Source: Hamiltosporidium tvaerminnensis FI-OER-3-3
Taxonomy: Eukaryota; Fungi; Microsporidia
Direction of reading: 5' to 3'
Length of the DNA stretch: 64,000 nucleotides
Assembly (NCBI GenBank): GCA_022605425.2
Contig: CM061247.1
Coordinates: 124,001-188,000 of the forward strand
This document shows positions 37,408-48,247 of the stretch, one piece after another. The first letter of the stretch is position 1. Every line of letters begins with the position of its first letter. The translations under genes and the position numbers were made by a program. The notes under the pieces are model-generated. The model worked only from the letters and a program-made list of their open reading frames with translations, searched no databases and had not been told where the DNA came from.

Positions 37408-38508
37408 TTATTTCTTATAAATTTCATTTTCCGTATTTTTAAGTTCGGAAATCAAAGCGAGATCATTTTCAGGTTTTGGATAAACAATGTAATCGTAAGC
37501 ATTATCATAAAAGACAGGCAAAAAGGGAACATTTTCATACTGACTACGAGGTTCAAAATATCCATTAACCATTTCTTCTAAATATTTTATACTTTCTGAA
37601 AATCCAATATCTGCTTTACTAATCGAAAAATCAACAAAATTTTTTAAATCTTTATATCTTTCTGGTAAAATATTTTCTTCTGATTTGAAAGTAATTCCTG
37701 GTGTGCGGCATTTTACTAAATTTTCATAAATTTTTAAAAGTTGATTGGCGTCTGAACTTAAAGATTCAAGATATTCAGAATTTACGTAATTTTTTTTAAG
37801 AAATATTTTTAAATCTGAAATAGAATTAAAATATTTTTTGATTTTTTCATAAACATTTTTCAATTTTCCATTTTTTTTATCCATTTTTTTCAATAATCTT
37901 TGTTCTGATAAATTTAATTCCATTATTTTTGAAATCAATACATAATTGTAGCTTTCAGTTCGGATTTTTAATTCATTATTTTCAAAACTTTTAAATTCTT
38001 TTTCATTTTTAAATTTAATTTCAATATCGTTCCATTTACACACATAGGAATTAGGAATTTTGTCTTTTAAATCTGCTTTCACAGCACAAATCTCAATTAA
38101 TTCATCAACATTATCAAATAAAATGGTATACCTTGGATCTAATAAAGAACGAAGAGAAATAAGTTTTTCTAATCCTTTAGAATATTGTAACATATTCATA
38201 TCTAATAAAGAAAAATAATATTTTTTTAAAATTTTTTTATCATTTATTTCAAATTTATTTTTTTCTATATTTTTAATGCATTTCTTAATATTTTTTCTAC
38301 TTTTTCGTGGTTTCTCAAGAAAAAGAAATGCCTTACACAAATTTCTTTCTAAAATATATATTTCCATCAATATTTGTCTTCTTAAACTGTCTTTCATCTT
38401 TCTTATTTCTCTAAGCTTGGATCTACAATGTTCATAATACTTTTTATAATTTTTTATTACAAAACCATTATTACTTCTTGAATTACATATTTCTTCTAAG
38501 ATATCCAT
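37408..38508 (-). CDS. SRP68: Signal recognition particle subunit SRP68, reduced
   Basis: N-terminus DILEEI..SR.NNG...NY..Y..HC..KLR.IRK (SRP68 RNA-binding start) and C-terminal PFLPVFYDNAYDYIVYP (SRP72-binding motif). Confidence 0.75.
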   Translation of the reverse strand: MDILEEICNSRSNNGFVIKNYKKYYEHCRSKLREIRKMKDSLRRQILMEIYILERNLCKAFLFLEKPRKSRKNIKKCIKNIEKNKFEINDKKILKKYYFSLLDMNMLQYSKGLEKLISLRSLLDPRYTILFDNVDELIEICAVKADLKDKIPNSYVCKWNDIEIKFKNEKEFKSFENNELKIRTESYNYVLISKIMELNLSEQRLLKKMDKKNGKLKNVYEKIKKYFNSISDLKIFLKKNYVNSEYLESLSSDANQLLKIYENLVKCRTPGITFKSEENILPERYKDLKNFVDFSISKADIGFSESIKYLEEMVNGYFEPRSQYENVPFLPVFYDNAYDYIVYPKPENDLALISELKNTENEIYKK

Positions 38509-38621
38509 AATAAGGCTTATAAAAATATTTTTAAAATAAAAAAAAAATAAGAAAATAATTTAACTGAAAATTTATATTTGTATTTAAATATTGAAAAATA
38601 TAGGATTTATAGAATAAAATA

Positions 38622-41600
38622 AATGGGTAGAAAGAAAAATGTTAGCAGCGAAATATCGAATAATACCAAAATAAAGGCTGCAAACGACGCTGATGAGGTG
38701 AAAAAGAGTGATAGTGAGATACAAAAATGTAAGCTACACCCACCGGCGATTCCCCTACCTTCCTCCTCCTACACAACAATAACACCTCCACCACCAAGCC
38801 AAACATGCAGTAAAATGCAAAATAGTGGGCTTGACACCTTACCTTCGCCTAATGCACCAGTTCCCTCTTCGGTTGAAGTCTCTGCGTGCGAGCCATCGTA
38901 CGACATGACAAGCCCCTGTACTCTAGCTATTCCGGAAGGTAACAGGCTAATGGCATTGCGGACGATATTCGATTCCGTAACAGCCGACCCGAAGGAATGG
39001 CCTCGAATTGTTTTTTTTGCAGTACAGACAAGGTTTGAAAGAATGCCAAGAAATGGCTGGACAGAGCTTCACAGGTACTATAATGAGAAATTCGGCTGCA
39101 CTGAAACTCTCGAAGTGTTAAAAAAATTGGCACAAAGTGAGATGGGAAAGGATGTAAAATCAGAAGAGAATGGAGAGCGACGTAGAATCGCCACTTGTCT
39201 CGCTGATACATGCACCTTGACCGACACCACGGAGTACATAAACCTGAGAGATAAATTCTTGAGTAAAATCAAAGAAATCTCTGAGAACGAAATTGGAAAA
39301 GTGGTGGTCCGAACTAGAAAACATCCAAATGAATTGGTTGATAGTAAAGTTCTGGATCTCATAAATCGAGTAGTCGGTGAATATGCAGGAGCTCATGTAC
39401 CTGAGTCAATTACGGAAGCCGCGTATATCATGCAAGCTGCGCAGGTATGCTATGACGAGGCAACACGTAAAGAGAAGCCTAGATCCGCTTGGAAGGAACA
39501 CATAGAAAGTAAAATTTCTAAGTTAGTACTTTCCAAAGATCTCCTCGAGAAAGCTCGTAAGCAGGAAAAGCTCTCCACTTCGGAAACGAAGAGCCTTAAG
39601 AAAATCATGCGAGAGTTTAATTTAAACTTGAGCAGCGTAACTGATCTTTCTGAGGCTTTAGTTAAGAAGAATGAGTCTTTGAATGTTTACGAGAAAAAAA
39701 TTACGATGCAATAAAGTAGGAAGCAATTCCGAAAAGAGAATCGTATGTTTGAGCTTTTCCGAGGTCGATTTTATCGTGGGTTATCCGAGCGTGTGGAATC
39801 CGAGCATGTGGTTAGCCGTGATGAAATTGTGAGTTTTTGGTCTACAATGTGGAACAAAAATGATGACACAGTCACGTACGATGATTATTTGATTCCATTT
39901 GTATCAGATAATCATCCGACCACGTTTCCTTCACTTGATGAATTTGTGAATATCATTAATTGGCTCCCTAATTGGAAAGCTGCTGGAATTGATGGTATTT
40001 ACAATTTTTTCATTAAGAAACTTACAACTCTTCACAAATATCTTTATGATATTGTGAAAGTTATATGTTTAGAAGGAACACCTCAAGCTGATTGGTTTTA
40101 CTGCGGGCTTACGTATTTGATACCGAAAGGAATTCCACGAAGAGGCTCTGACTACAGGCCAATCACTTGTATGTCCAACCTCTATAAGTTAACGACAAAG
40201 TGTGTAACGAAAGTCGTTCAACTTGAAGTGGAAAGGCGAGGGTTGCTTGCAGAGAACCAACTAGGGGCGGTAAGAGGTGTGCAGGGAGCGAAAGAGCAGG
40301 CTCTACTGAATATTGCCTTAAATAAAGAGTATGGAAATGATCTTAAGGCAACATGGATTGATGTTAAAAAAGCTTATGATTCAATAGATCATGCTTATTT
40401 AACTCAATGCATTGAAAACCTTAATTTACCTGATTGGATCCTGAAATTTATTAAGGTAATTATATCAAAATGGAAAATTGATATATCAGTAGGGCCTGAA
40501 AAAATCATGAGCAAGAAGATTGATAGAGGGATTCTACAAGGAGATAGTCTGTCACCTTTGTTATTTGTGTTGTGTATGGATCCATTAAGCCGAAAGCTTA
40601 ATGAAAAATACACAAAAGTGACAGTACAAACAGATGCAGAATCCCATTCTACTAATCATCTCTTGTTTATTGATGATCTTAAGCTCCTTGCAAAAGACAG
40701 CTCCACATTGAGTGCTATGACAGGCGAGGCAAAGGAATTTTTAGAGGTGATTGGCTTAGAGATTAACAAAGAGAAGTCAGCCACAAATGATACGTGTTGT
40801 GAAGATACTGCTACTCTTCTAGAAGGTGTTAGTGTTTACAAATATTTAGGAATAATAGAAGATAGCAGAGGAATCCCAACACGTAGCTCATTTGAAGAAG
40901 TACAGAGCAAACTTATATCAAGAGTTGAAAGACTTTGTCACACTAGATTAAACGCAAAAAATTTATTTTCTGCAATCAATCAACATGCGATATCGTTAAT
41001 CAACTACCACATAGGAGTACTTCGACTTGAACCGGCTGACTTCTCTAAGTTAGATGATGCAGTGCGTGCGGTGTTGGTTAAAAATAAGATACATCTCCGC
41101 CCAGGATGTAAAGAGCGGTTGTATCTTCCTAGAACAGAACTTGGAAGAGGCCTACATAGTGTTGAGTTGCGAAGCGAACATATGCTTCTGCAACTCTTGT
41201 ATTTTCTGGAAAAAAGTAAAGAAATATCAACTAGACGAGCAGCAATCCTCAAGGTGGAGAATAATAATAAAACCCATCTTGCACTAATAAAAGGCTTCTT
41301 AAAAGTAAAGTACAGGTTGGTAGAAGAAGTCACTAAGAAAAGTTTAGAAGAAGCTCAACTTGCAAAACTATATAACGAAATAGAAAAACGAAAACTCCAT
41401 TCAAAGTTATATAATGCAAGAAAAAATGAGCTTGTGAGTGTTAGTGACTCTTCAAGGTGGCTAAAGAGAGGAAATATTAGGCCACGAAATGAAGCTGTGT
41501 TCTGCTATATCCAGGATAGAAATGTATTCTGGGGAGCAGATGGTGTGTGTCAACATTGCGGGAAGTCTGGTAAGACTGTGGATCATCTAGCAACTAGATG

Positions 41601-42425
41601 CGAAAAAATGCTAGGCCATGATTACACTAGACGGCATAATGAAGTGGTCAGATGCCTACACCTTCTTCTTCTAAATAGATATAAGTTTAAGTCTTCAAAA
41701 CGAATAAGGAGCCACTCAGTTCAAGAAATTCTTGATAATGAGTATGCAGAGATAAGAGTGGACACCAGAATTAAAACTGATGTTAAAATTCGGAATAACA
41801 GACCGGACATATTTATTTTAGATAAGAAGAAGAATAAGATAACACTCATTGAAGTAGGAATCACTTCCCAAGATTCACTTCAAATAGTTGAAACTGAAAA
41901 ACTTAGGAAGTATGACCTGCTAGCCAATGAGTTGGGTCTTATTTATAGGTGTAGTGTTGAGATAATCCCTTATGTGATGACCTGGGACGGTATTGTGACA
42001 AAATACCATAAATCTCATCTTAAAAGACTAGAAATACCCATGAATGTAGAGGCATACATTCAGTATATAGTACTTAAGAAAACAGTCGAAACAATTTCCT
42101 TTGATCGACGAAGAGGACTTGAGTCAGGACTAAATGCCGAAGAGAGCTGGGAGAGAGCGTCAATGGGTGTTATTATGAGATCAGAGATGCATGAGGAACC
42201 AATACCCCCTTTAAAAGAAGCGAAAAGAGAGGAAGATGGTGTTAAAATTTTAAAACCAAAAAATAATACACCCCTTATTTCACAAGGAGGAACCACTCTG
42301 GAGGAACCGACCAATAACATAAATGAAGAGTCGGATTTGGAAGAAGAAACAATAGTGGTTAAAGAGGTAGAAGAAAACATATAAAAATGTTAAAATATTT
42401 TAACCCAGAATTTTATTAAATAAAA
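38622..42425 (+). mobile_element. Full-length RLE-type non-LTR retrotransposon (R4/Dong-like) with 13-bp target-site duplication
   Basis: TSD atagaataaaata at 38609-38621 and 42426-42438; RT plus CCHC plus restriction-like endonuclease ORF; 3' end aacccagaattttattaaataaaa. Confidence 0.92.
38623..42384 (+). pseudogene. Single ~1253-codon RT/RLE ORF interrupted by one in-frame TAA at 39712-39714
   Basis: The two track ORFs share a frame; RT motifs KAAGIDGI, YRPITC, WIDVKKAYDS, GILQGDSLSPLLF, FIDD, YKYLG; CQHC...H...C; RHN; RPDI..IEVG...KY. Confidence 0.9.
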
Positions 42426-42625
42426 ATAGAATAAAATATTTTATTTTTATAAGTTATTGGATTTGTTGAATTAGGATTTATAGAATAAAATATTTTATTT
42501 TTATAAGTTATTTGATTTGTTGAATTAGGATTTTGTTACAGTAGTAATAGATTTCATAAATCAAAGAATAGAATCATTAGATTAAAGATTTTGTTACAGT
42601 AGTAATAGATTTCATAAATCAAAGC
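42426..42625. repeat. Adjacent imperfect tandem duplications (~54-bp and ~58-bp units)
   Basis: atagaataaaatattttatttttataagttatt.gatttgttgaattagg x2; gattttgttacagtagtaatagatttcataaatcaaag x2. Confidence 0.8.
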
Positions 42626-42706
42626 ATCAAAATAACTTAAATTTACCAGAATATCTCAGTTTGAATATTTTAAATTTCAATTCTATAGGTTTAACAATTT
42701 AAATAC

Positions 42707-42762
42707 AAAGTAAAAGTAAAAGTAAAAGTAAAAGTAAAAGTAAAAGTAAAAGTAAAAGTAAA
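42707..42762. repeat. (AAAGTA)n microsatellite, ~9 units
   Basis: Direct reading. Confidence 0.95.
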
Positions 42763-42811
42763 ATTACAACCGATTTAATAATATTTATACAAAATAAAAA
42801 CATTAGAAGTA

Positions 42812-43864
42812 TTAATTACTCCTATTTACCAACATTTCTGTTATTTTTAATATTCCATCTTCATCGAGTGTTCGAATTATATAATCATACATTTCACTTA
42901 CATTTCTTTTATGTGTTATTATGAATGTATGTAGGTATACATAAGTAAATACACCCATAATATATTGACAGTCCATTCTATCTGTAATACCACCGTGTCC
43001 TGGTATAGAATCACCAAAATCTTTCATTTTAAATGCTCTTTTAAATCCACTGGCAAAAAAACCACCAAACGGTGCAATAAAAGAAGAAAATAGTATAAAA
43101 ACAATCGAATGCAAATATATTTTTGCAATAGAAATCCCCAACCACTTAATATAAAATCTTTCTATAAACACCAAATCCAATTTATCACCAAAATATGAAT
43201 AATTAATTCTGACGTAAGAAAAAAGTATTCCAAATAAAAATGTAAATACAAACGCACCAATAAATCCTTCCAATGTTTTTTTAGGACTCAATCTTATCAA
43301 TTTTCTTTTTCCAAACAATTTACCTGTGATATACGCAAATATATCATTAATAATGACAAGTGTCGCAGGAAAAACAAACCAAAACTTTCCTTTATTAATA
43401 TTTAAAATTACCAATTTAGATGTTCCACAAACAATAAACAATGTCATATGAACCATGGCCAGTTGAGCAAATTGTAATTTTAAATGTGATTTTCTTAAAT
43501 TAATTACAAACAATACAATTCCAAAAATATACATAACAAAATAAATCATCATAAAATTTTCAAGTATAAAAAATGGTATTTTTTCATAATAAATTTTAAT
43601 CAAACTATTTCCTACAAAGTAAATATCTGCTACAATCATAAAATACCATAAAAGATTTTTAAAAATTCCTTTTTTGTTTTCTCTAAATGAATTCCATACA
43701 CTAATAACTTCTTTAAAAGTAAATGTTTTAATAAAGTAAACTAAAATTATTAGATATACTTTATTACCACTGACAAGTAAAGAAAAAAAAACACTCATAA
43801 TTATTGTCAGAGATATACGTACATACAAATTCGATTTACGGAAGAAAGTAAAGTAATTCTCCAT
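42812..43864 (-). CDS. CDS1: Phosphatidate cytidylyltransferase (CDP-diacylglycerol synthase)
   Basis: NDIFAY..G..FG...LI.LSPKKT.EGFIG, PFGGFFASGFKRAFKMKDFGDSIPGHGGITDRMDCQ. Confidence 0.93.
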   Translation of the reverse strand: MENYFTFFRKSNLYVRISLTIIMSVFFSLLVSGNKVYLIILVYFIKTFTFKEVISVWNSFRENKKGIFKNLLWYFMIVADIYFVGNSLIKIYYEKIPFFILENFMMIYFVMYIFGIVLFVINLRKSHLKLQFAQLAMVHMTLFIVCGTSKLVILNINKGKFWFVFPATLVIINDIFAYITGKLFGKRKLIRLSPKKTLEGFIGAFVFTFLFGILFSYVRINYSYFGDKLDLVFIERFYIKWLGISIAKIYLHSIVFILFSSFIAPFGGFFASGFKRAFKMKDFGDSIPGHGGITDRMDCQYIMGVFTYVYLHTFIITHKRNVSEMYDYIIRTLDEDGILKITEMLVNRSN

Positions 43865-44827
43865 AAAGGGTATATAAATGAATTTTTGACAAAGAAAGTT
43901 TTTTTTTAGTTTTTAAATATCAAGTATTAAGTTTTTTAAACAATATTCTTTATTTATACATATTGATTTTAATTTAAATAAAATATTTTAGATTCTTAAA
44001 TATTCTGAAATATTACTAAATATTACTAAATATAATTAAATATTACTAAGTGCATGAAAACAAATGAAAGTAGGAGAATAAATAATTGAAAATCTATTTT
44101 TTAAAATCCCTATAAATGGTAATGAAATAAACGAAAAGATTTTAAAATATTTAAATAAGATTAAAAAGGTTAATCAATTATAAATTCAAAATTTTAATGA
44201 AATATAAAATAAAAATGTTGAAATAAAAAAACTTGAAATTATAAAATAATAGAGGTTATAAGGAAAAGTCTCTATAATTAAAATAGGTAATTAATTATTA
44301 GAAATTTGAAGAACGAGTAAAATGTCTAAGGAATATTCTTTATAAAAGTATTGTATTAAGAAATTATTAGAAATTTAAGAATTACAAATGTCTAAGGAAT
44401 ATTCTTTATAAAAGTATTGTATTAAGAAATTAATTATTAGAAATTTGAAGAATAACATAATATTTAGTAAAAGAATAAAACAAAGGAAAGAAATAAACAG
44501 AAAAAGATTTTTTTTTTATTTTGAAAACTATATTTTTAAAAAAATACTTATAATCTAAATTATTGAATATAAAAACTAATTCAAAGGAAGTAATTCTTTA
44601 TAAAAAAGATTAAATTATAAATTAAATTTCTATAGGGAATTATTATAGGGAATTTTATTATAGGGAATTTTATTATAGGGAATTATTAGAGTATATAGAT
44701 AGTATAGATATTAGAGTATAAATATTATAGGGAATTATTAGAATATAATTATTTTAAAGTATAAATATTTGTAAATATTTAATTTTTAAACAAATAGTAC
44801 GAGAATTAGAAAGGGAAATTCATAAAA

Positions 44828-44856
44828 GTTTTAACCCAGAATTTTATTAAATAAAA
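44828..44856 (+). mobile_element. Minimal 3' tail of the RLE retrotransposon
   Basis: ttttaacccagaattttattaaataaaaa identical to the element terminus. Confidence 0.6.
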
Positions 44857-45013
44857 ATTAAAAAAATATTTTGAAACCTTACTAATAGAATTGAATAATA
44901 TCAATATATATAAGAATAGGTTGGTAACTGTAAATTGATAAAAAAAGATATTTGAAATATATTTTATTTTGAAAAAAATTAAATTTTTAAAAAGAGTGAA
45001 AATGTTTATTTTG

Positions 45014-45337
45014 AAACAGATTTATATATTTAAGAATAATTGAAGTATAAATCTGAAAGAAATAATTTTAATTGATAAACAGATTTATATATTTAAGAAT
45101 AATTGAAGTATAAATCTAAAAGAAATAATTTTAATTGATAAACAGATTTATATATTTAAGAATAATTGAAGTATAAATCTGAAAGAAATAATTTTAATTG
45201 ATAAACAGATTTATATATTTAAGAATAATTGAAGTATAAATCTAAAAGAAATAATTTTAATTGATAAACAGATTTATATATTTAAGAATAATTGAAGTAT
45301 AAATCTGAAAGAAATAATTTTAATTGATAAACAGATT
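45014..45337. repeat. 63-bp minisatellite, ~5.1 copies, alternating G/A variant
   Basis: aaacagatttatatatttaag at 45014, 45077, 45140 and onward; variants tctg/tcta alternate G,A,G,A,G. Confidence 0.92.
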
Positions 45338-45549
45338 GGCAAGTTGTAATTTAATGTAATTTATTGATAGATCGAATATTTTAATGAAGAATATACAAAA
45401 TCAATTTACTATTTATTGTTTGATTATATTAAATTAAATGAGAAAGTAAAAGTTGAATTTAAAAAAAGGAACCAAATATGAAAGTCGAGTGATGTTTTAA
45501 ATTCTATATTTATATGAATACTTATATTTACGTGAAAAGAAATTTATAT

Positions 45550-46272
45550 TTTTATTTGTTAAATATCATATAATCTGTAAAAGGTAACAACTGTCATATT
45601 TTTTCATGAGATTGGCGTGGTTCTAGGTTTTATACAGATAAAGTCGTGTCGAGACTTTCTTGGTATCCCTTGAATGGCTAAATTTGGAGGCCTTTATCTA
45701 AAAAGAGCGTAGACCTTATTTAATTAGCGGGTTACTTGCTCAAGTTCGTTGGTGTTTTTTGTCTGGTGTGTTATCATAGATTGATGTTCAACTAGGATCC
45801 TACACTATCAGAGTATTCCCACTTACTCTACACTTTCCGAACCAAATAAACTTCTAGCTAAGATATATATCGGTGACTTACATGAAAGTCGACTATGTAT
45901 TGCAATGTAATACTGACCAGTTTTTAAACTACTGCCTAAATTATCTGGCTTTTTAAATGGCTGTTTTTATCTCGTATGCACCAGATTTTCAACCCGAAGT
46001 AAGTAAGAATCCATTTTCTTGCTTTTAAATGGGAATTACGCACAAACAACGTCGTGCTTTCCAATCTAGTTACATAAAAAACTACAAAATACTTTGTGAA
46101 AAACTTTCAGTGTTATTTAGACCACTTCATCTTTATACACTCTCCTCATATATTAACCGAAAATGTAGTATGATTTTTATCTCATTATAAATATAGACAA
46201 TGTCTTGCACATCAAAATCTTCTAATTATTGCCAATCAGAAGTTTTTAATAGAGTTATCCACCCTCCACCAT
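45550..46272 (-). repeat. ~720-nt structured repeat, old diverged copy 3
   Basis: Shares ttcccacttactctacactttc.gaacc.aataaacttctagctaagatata and recognisable 5' and 3' segments with copy 2. Confidence 0.75.
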
Positions 46273-46584
46273 ATGCACACCAATAAGCTTAATTATATTT
46301 TATCCTGATAATAGATTGTAATTTTAAACTAAAAAATATGTAATCGAAACTTTCAATCGTGTTTCTATATAATTTAAAAAATAAATAGCATCAAATTCAA
46401 AATATACTTATCAAAGAATATGAAAAATAGACTTTTTTTATTTTATATAGAAAAATATATATTGGATAAATCAAATTAAAAAATTATTGATAATTACAAT
46501 TTATCATTCTCATGTTTTTTAAATATATTTAAAATTAAAAAATGATACATTTAATTGTGCAAAGCAAGTGTAAAACATGTAGAA

Positions 46585-46753
46585 AGATAAAGAAATATAA
46601 AGAAATATAAAGAAATATAAATAAATATAAAGAAATTTAAGAAATATAAAGAAATATAAAGAAATATAAAGAAATATAAAGAAATATAAAGAAATATAAA
46701 GAAATATAAAGAAACATGAAGAAACATGAAGAAATATAAAGAAATATAAAGAA
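46585..46753. repeat. (GAAATATAAA)n 10-bp minisatellite
   Basis: Direct reading, ~17 imperfect units. Confidence 0.92.
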
Positions 46754-46847
46754 AGAGGTTTGGAAGCCTTAAGAGCTGTAGCATTTTAGAGTAAGTAAGT
46801 AATGTAATGAGGATTTAAAAGTGTAATTATTTTTTATAAATATTTAA

Positions 46848-47582
46848 CTTTATTTAAAAGTATCACATCTTTTTAAAACAGTGGCAAGTGTTATATTTGT
46901 TTTCATGACATTAACGCAGTTCTAGGTTTAACATAAATAACTGCTACCCCAACACTCCATCGGTAACCCCTGCGATACCTACGTTCCAAAGCCTTTCATC
47001 TATCAGGTGTGTAGAACCTAATTAATAGGCGAGGCAGTTGCCCGGAGTTCGTTAATTTCCGTTGCATGGAGTGTGATCGAAGGCCGAAGCCCCCCCTGGG
47101 CTCCCCCAAGACTATGCAGCATTCCCACTTACTCTACACTTTCTGAACCCAATAAACTTCTAGCTAAGATATATTTCAGAGATTTACATAGGGTCCACCT
47201 AGACAGTGCAATGTCATACCAACAGGTATAACCTGCTACTTAGCTCTCCCGGCTTTTAATGATTTTTATTTTTATATATCCCAGGCGCTAAGTCTTCTAA
47301 CCCGAGTGAGCAAGGCTAGGTTTCCATGCTTTTACATGGCAATTACCTACATGTTCAGCTGCGGTCTGCAATCTGGTTACATAAAAAATTACAAATAAAT
47401 TTGTAGAAAAAGTTTCTCCATTTCTTAGACCTCTCCTCTTCATAAAAACTCCCATGGAACAACCGAAGATGTATTGTGGTTGTATTCCCACCAAAAATCC
47501 AAACAATGACCTCACACCAGTTTCACACACTCATTGCCAAGCAGAAAGTTTTTTATGTGGTTATCCTCCTTCCACTATTTTA
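46848..47582 (-). repeat. ~720-nt structured repeat, copy 2
   Basis: Reverse complement is co-linear with 9211-9940. Confidence 0.88.
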
Positions 47583-47588
47583 TAAATT

Positions 47589-47865
47589 ATTTATTTAAAA
47601 GTATCACATCTTTTTACAATAGTGGCAAGTGTTATATTTGTTTTTATGACATTAACGCAGTTCTAGGTTTAACATAAATGACTGCTACCCCAACACTCCA
47701 CCGGTAACCCCTGCGATACCTACGTCCCAAAGCCTTTCATTTACCAGGTGTGTAGAACCTAATTAATAGGTGAGGCGGTTGCCCGTAGTTCGTTAATGTC
47801 CGTTGCATGGAGTGTGATCGAAGGCCGAAGCCCCCCCTGGGCTCCCCCAAGACTATGCAGCATTC
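47589..47865 (-). repeat. 5'-truncated copy 4 of the ~720-nt repeat, head-to-tail with copy 2
   Basis: Near-identical to 46848-47125. Confidence 0.88.
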
Positions 47866-47887
47866 TTTTATAAATAAAAAAAGAAAA

Positions 47888-48020
47888 TATTTTATTTAAT
47901 AAAATTCTGGGTTCAAATAGTTTTACGATCTGTAAGCATTTTCTTCAACTTCTTTTTCCACTTTGTTTCTTCTTCGAAATCCAACTCTTCATTTATATTT
48001 ATCGTCGGTTCTTCTATACA
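47888..48020 (-). mobile_element. Short 3'-end copy of the RLE retrotransposon
   Basis: Reverse strand reads gaagaaccgacgataaatataaatgaagagttggatttcgaagaagaaac...aacccagaattttattaaataaaa. Confidence 0.85.
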
Positions 48021-48247
48021 AAGAAAATATTTTATAATTAAACCTTTAAAAAATTTCTTTCTTAATAAAAAAACAATAATTATTCAGTAATATCTTTAAT
48101 TTACTTTTAAGTATTTTATTATCATAATAATATTTATCAATCTGTTAATTCTTATAAATGATATTCTATTATCTATAGGTTTTGTTTTTTGTATGTTTTA
48201 AGAATTTAAAAGTATTTTGTAATATTTTTTGACTATTCGGCCCTTCT

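Noticed and set aside
34093-39714. TAA stop-codon reassignment or readthrough, since both TEs have one in-frame TAA
   Set aside because: Most host genes in the window end in TAA at the expected C-terminus, and the older LINE copy has GAA at the same codon
45014-45337. CRISPR-like array (also 10612-10776)
   Set aside because: Contiguous tandem units with no unique spacers, no cas genes, eukaryotic context
46990-47010. Hammerhead-like core CTGATAGATGAAA in the ~720-nt element (minus strand)
   Set aside because: Not conserved in other copies (ctggtaaatgaaa, ctggtagattaaaa) and no stem II
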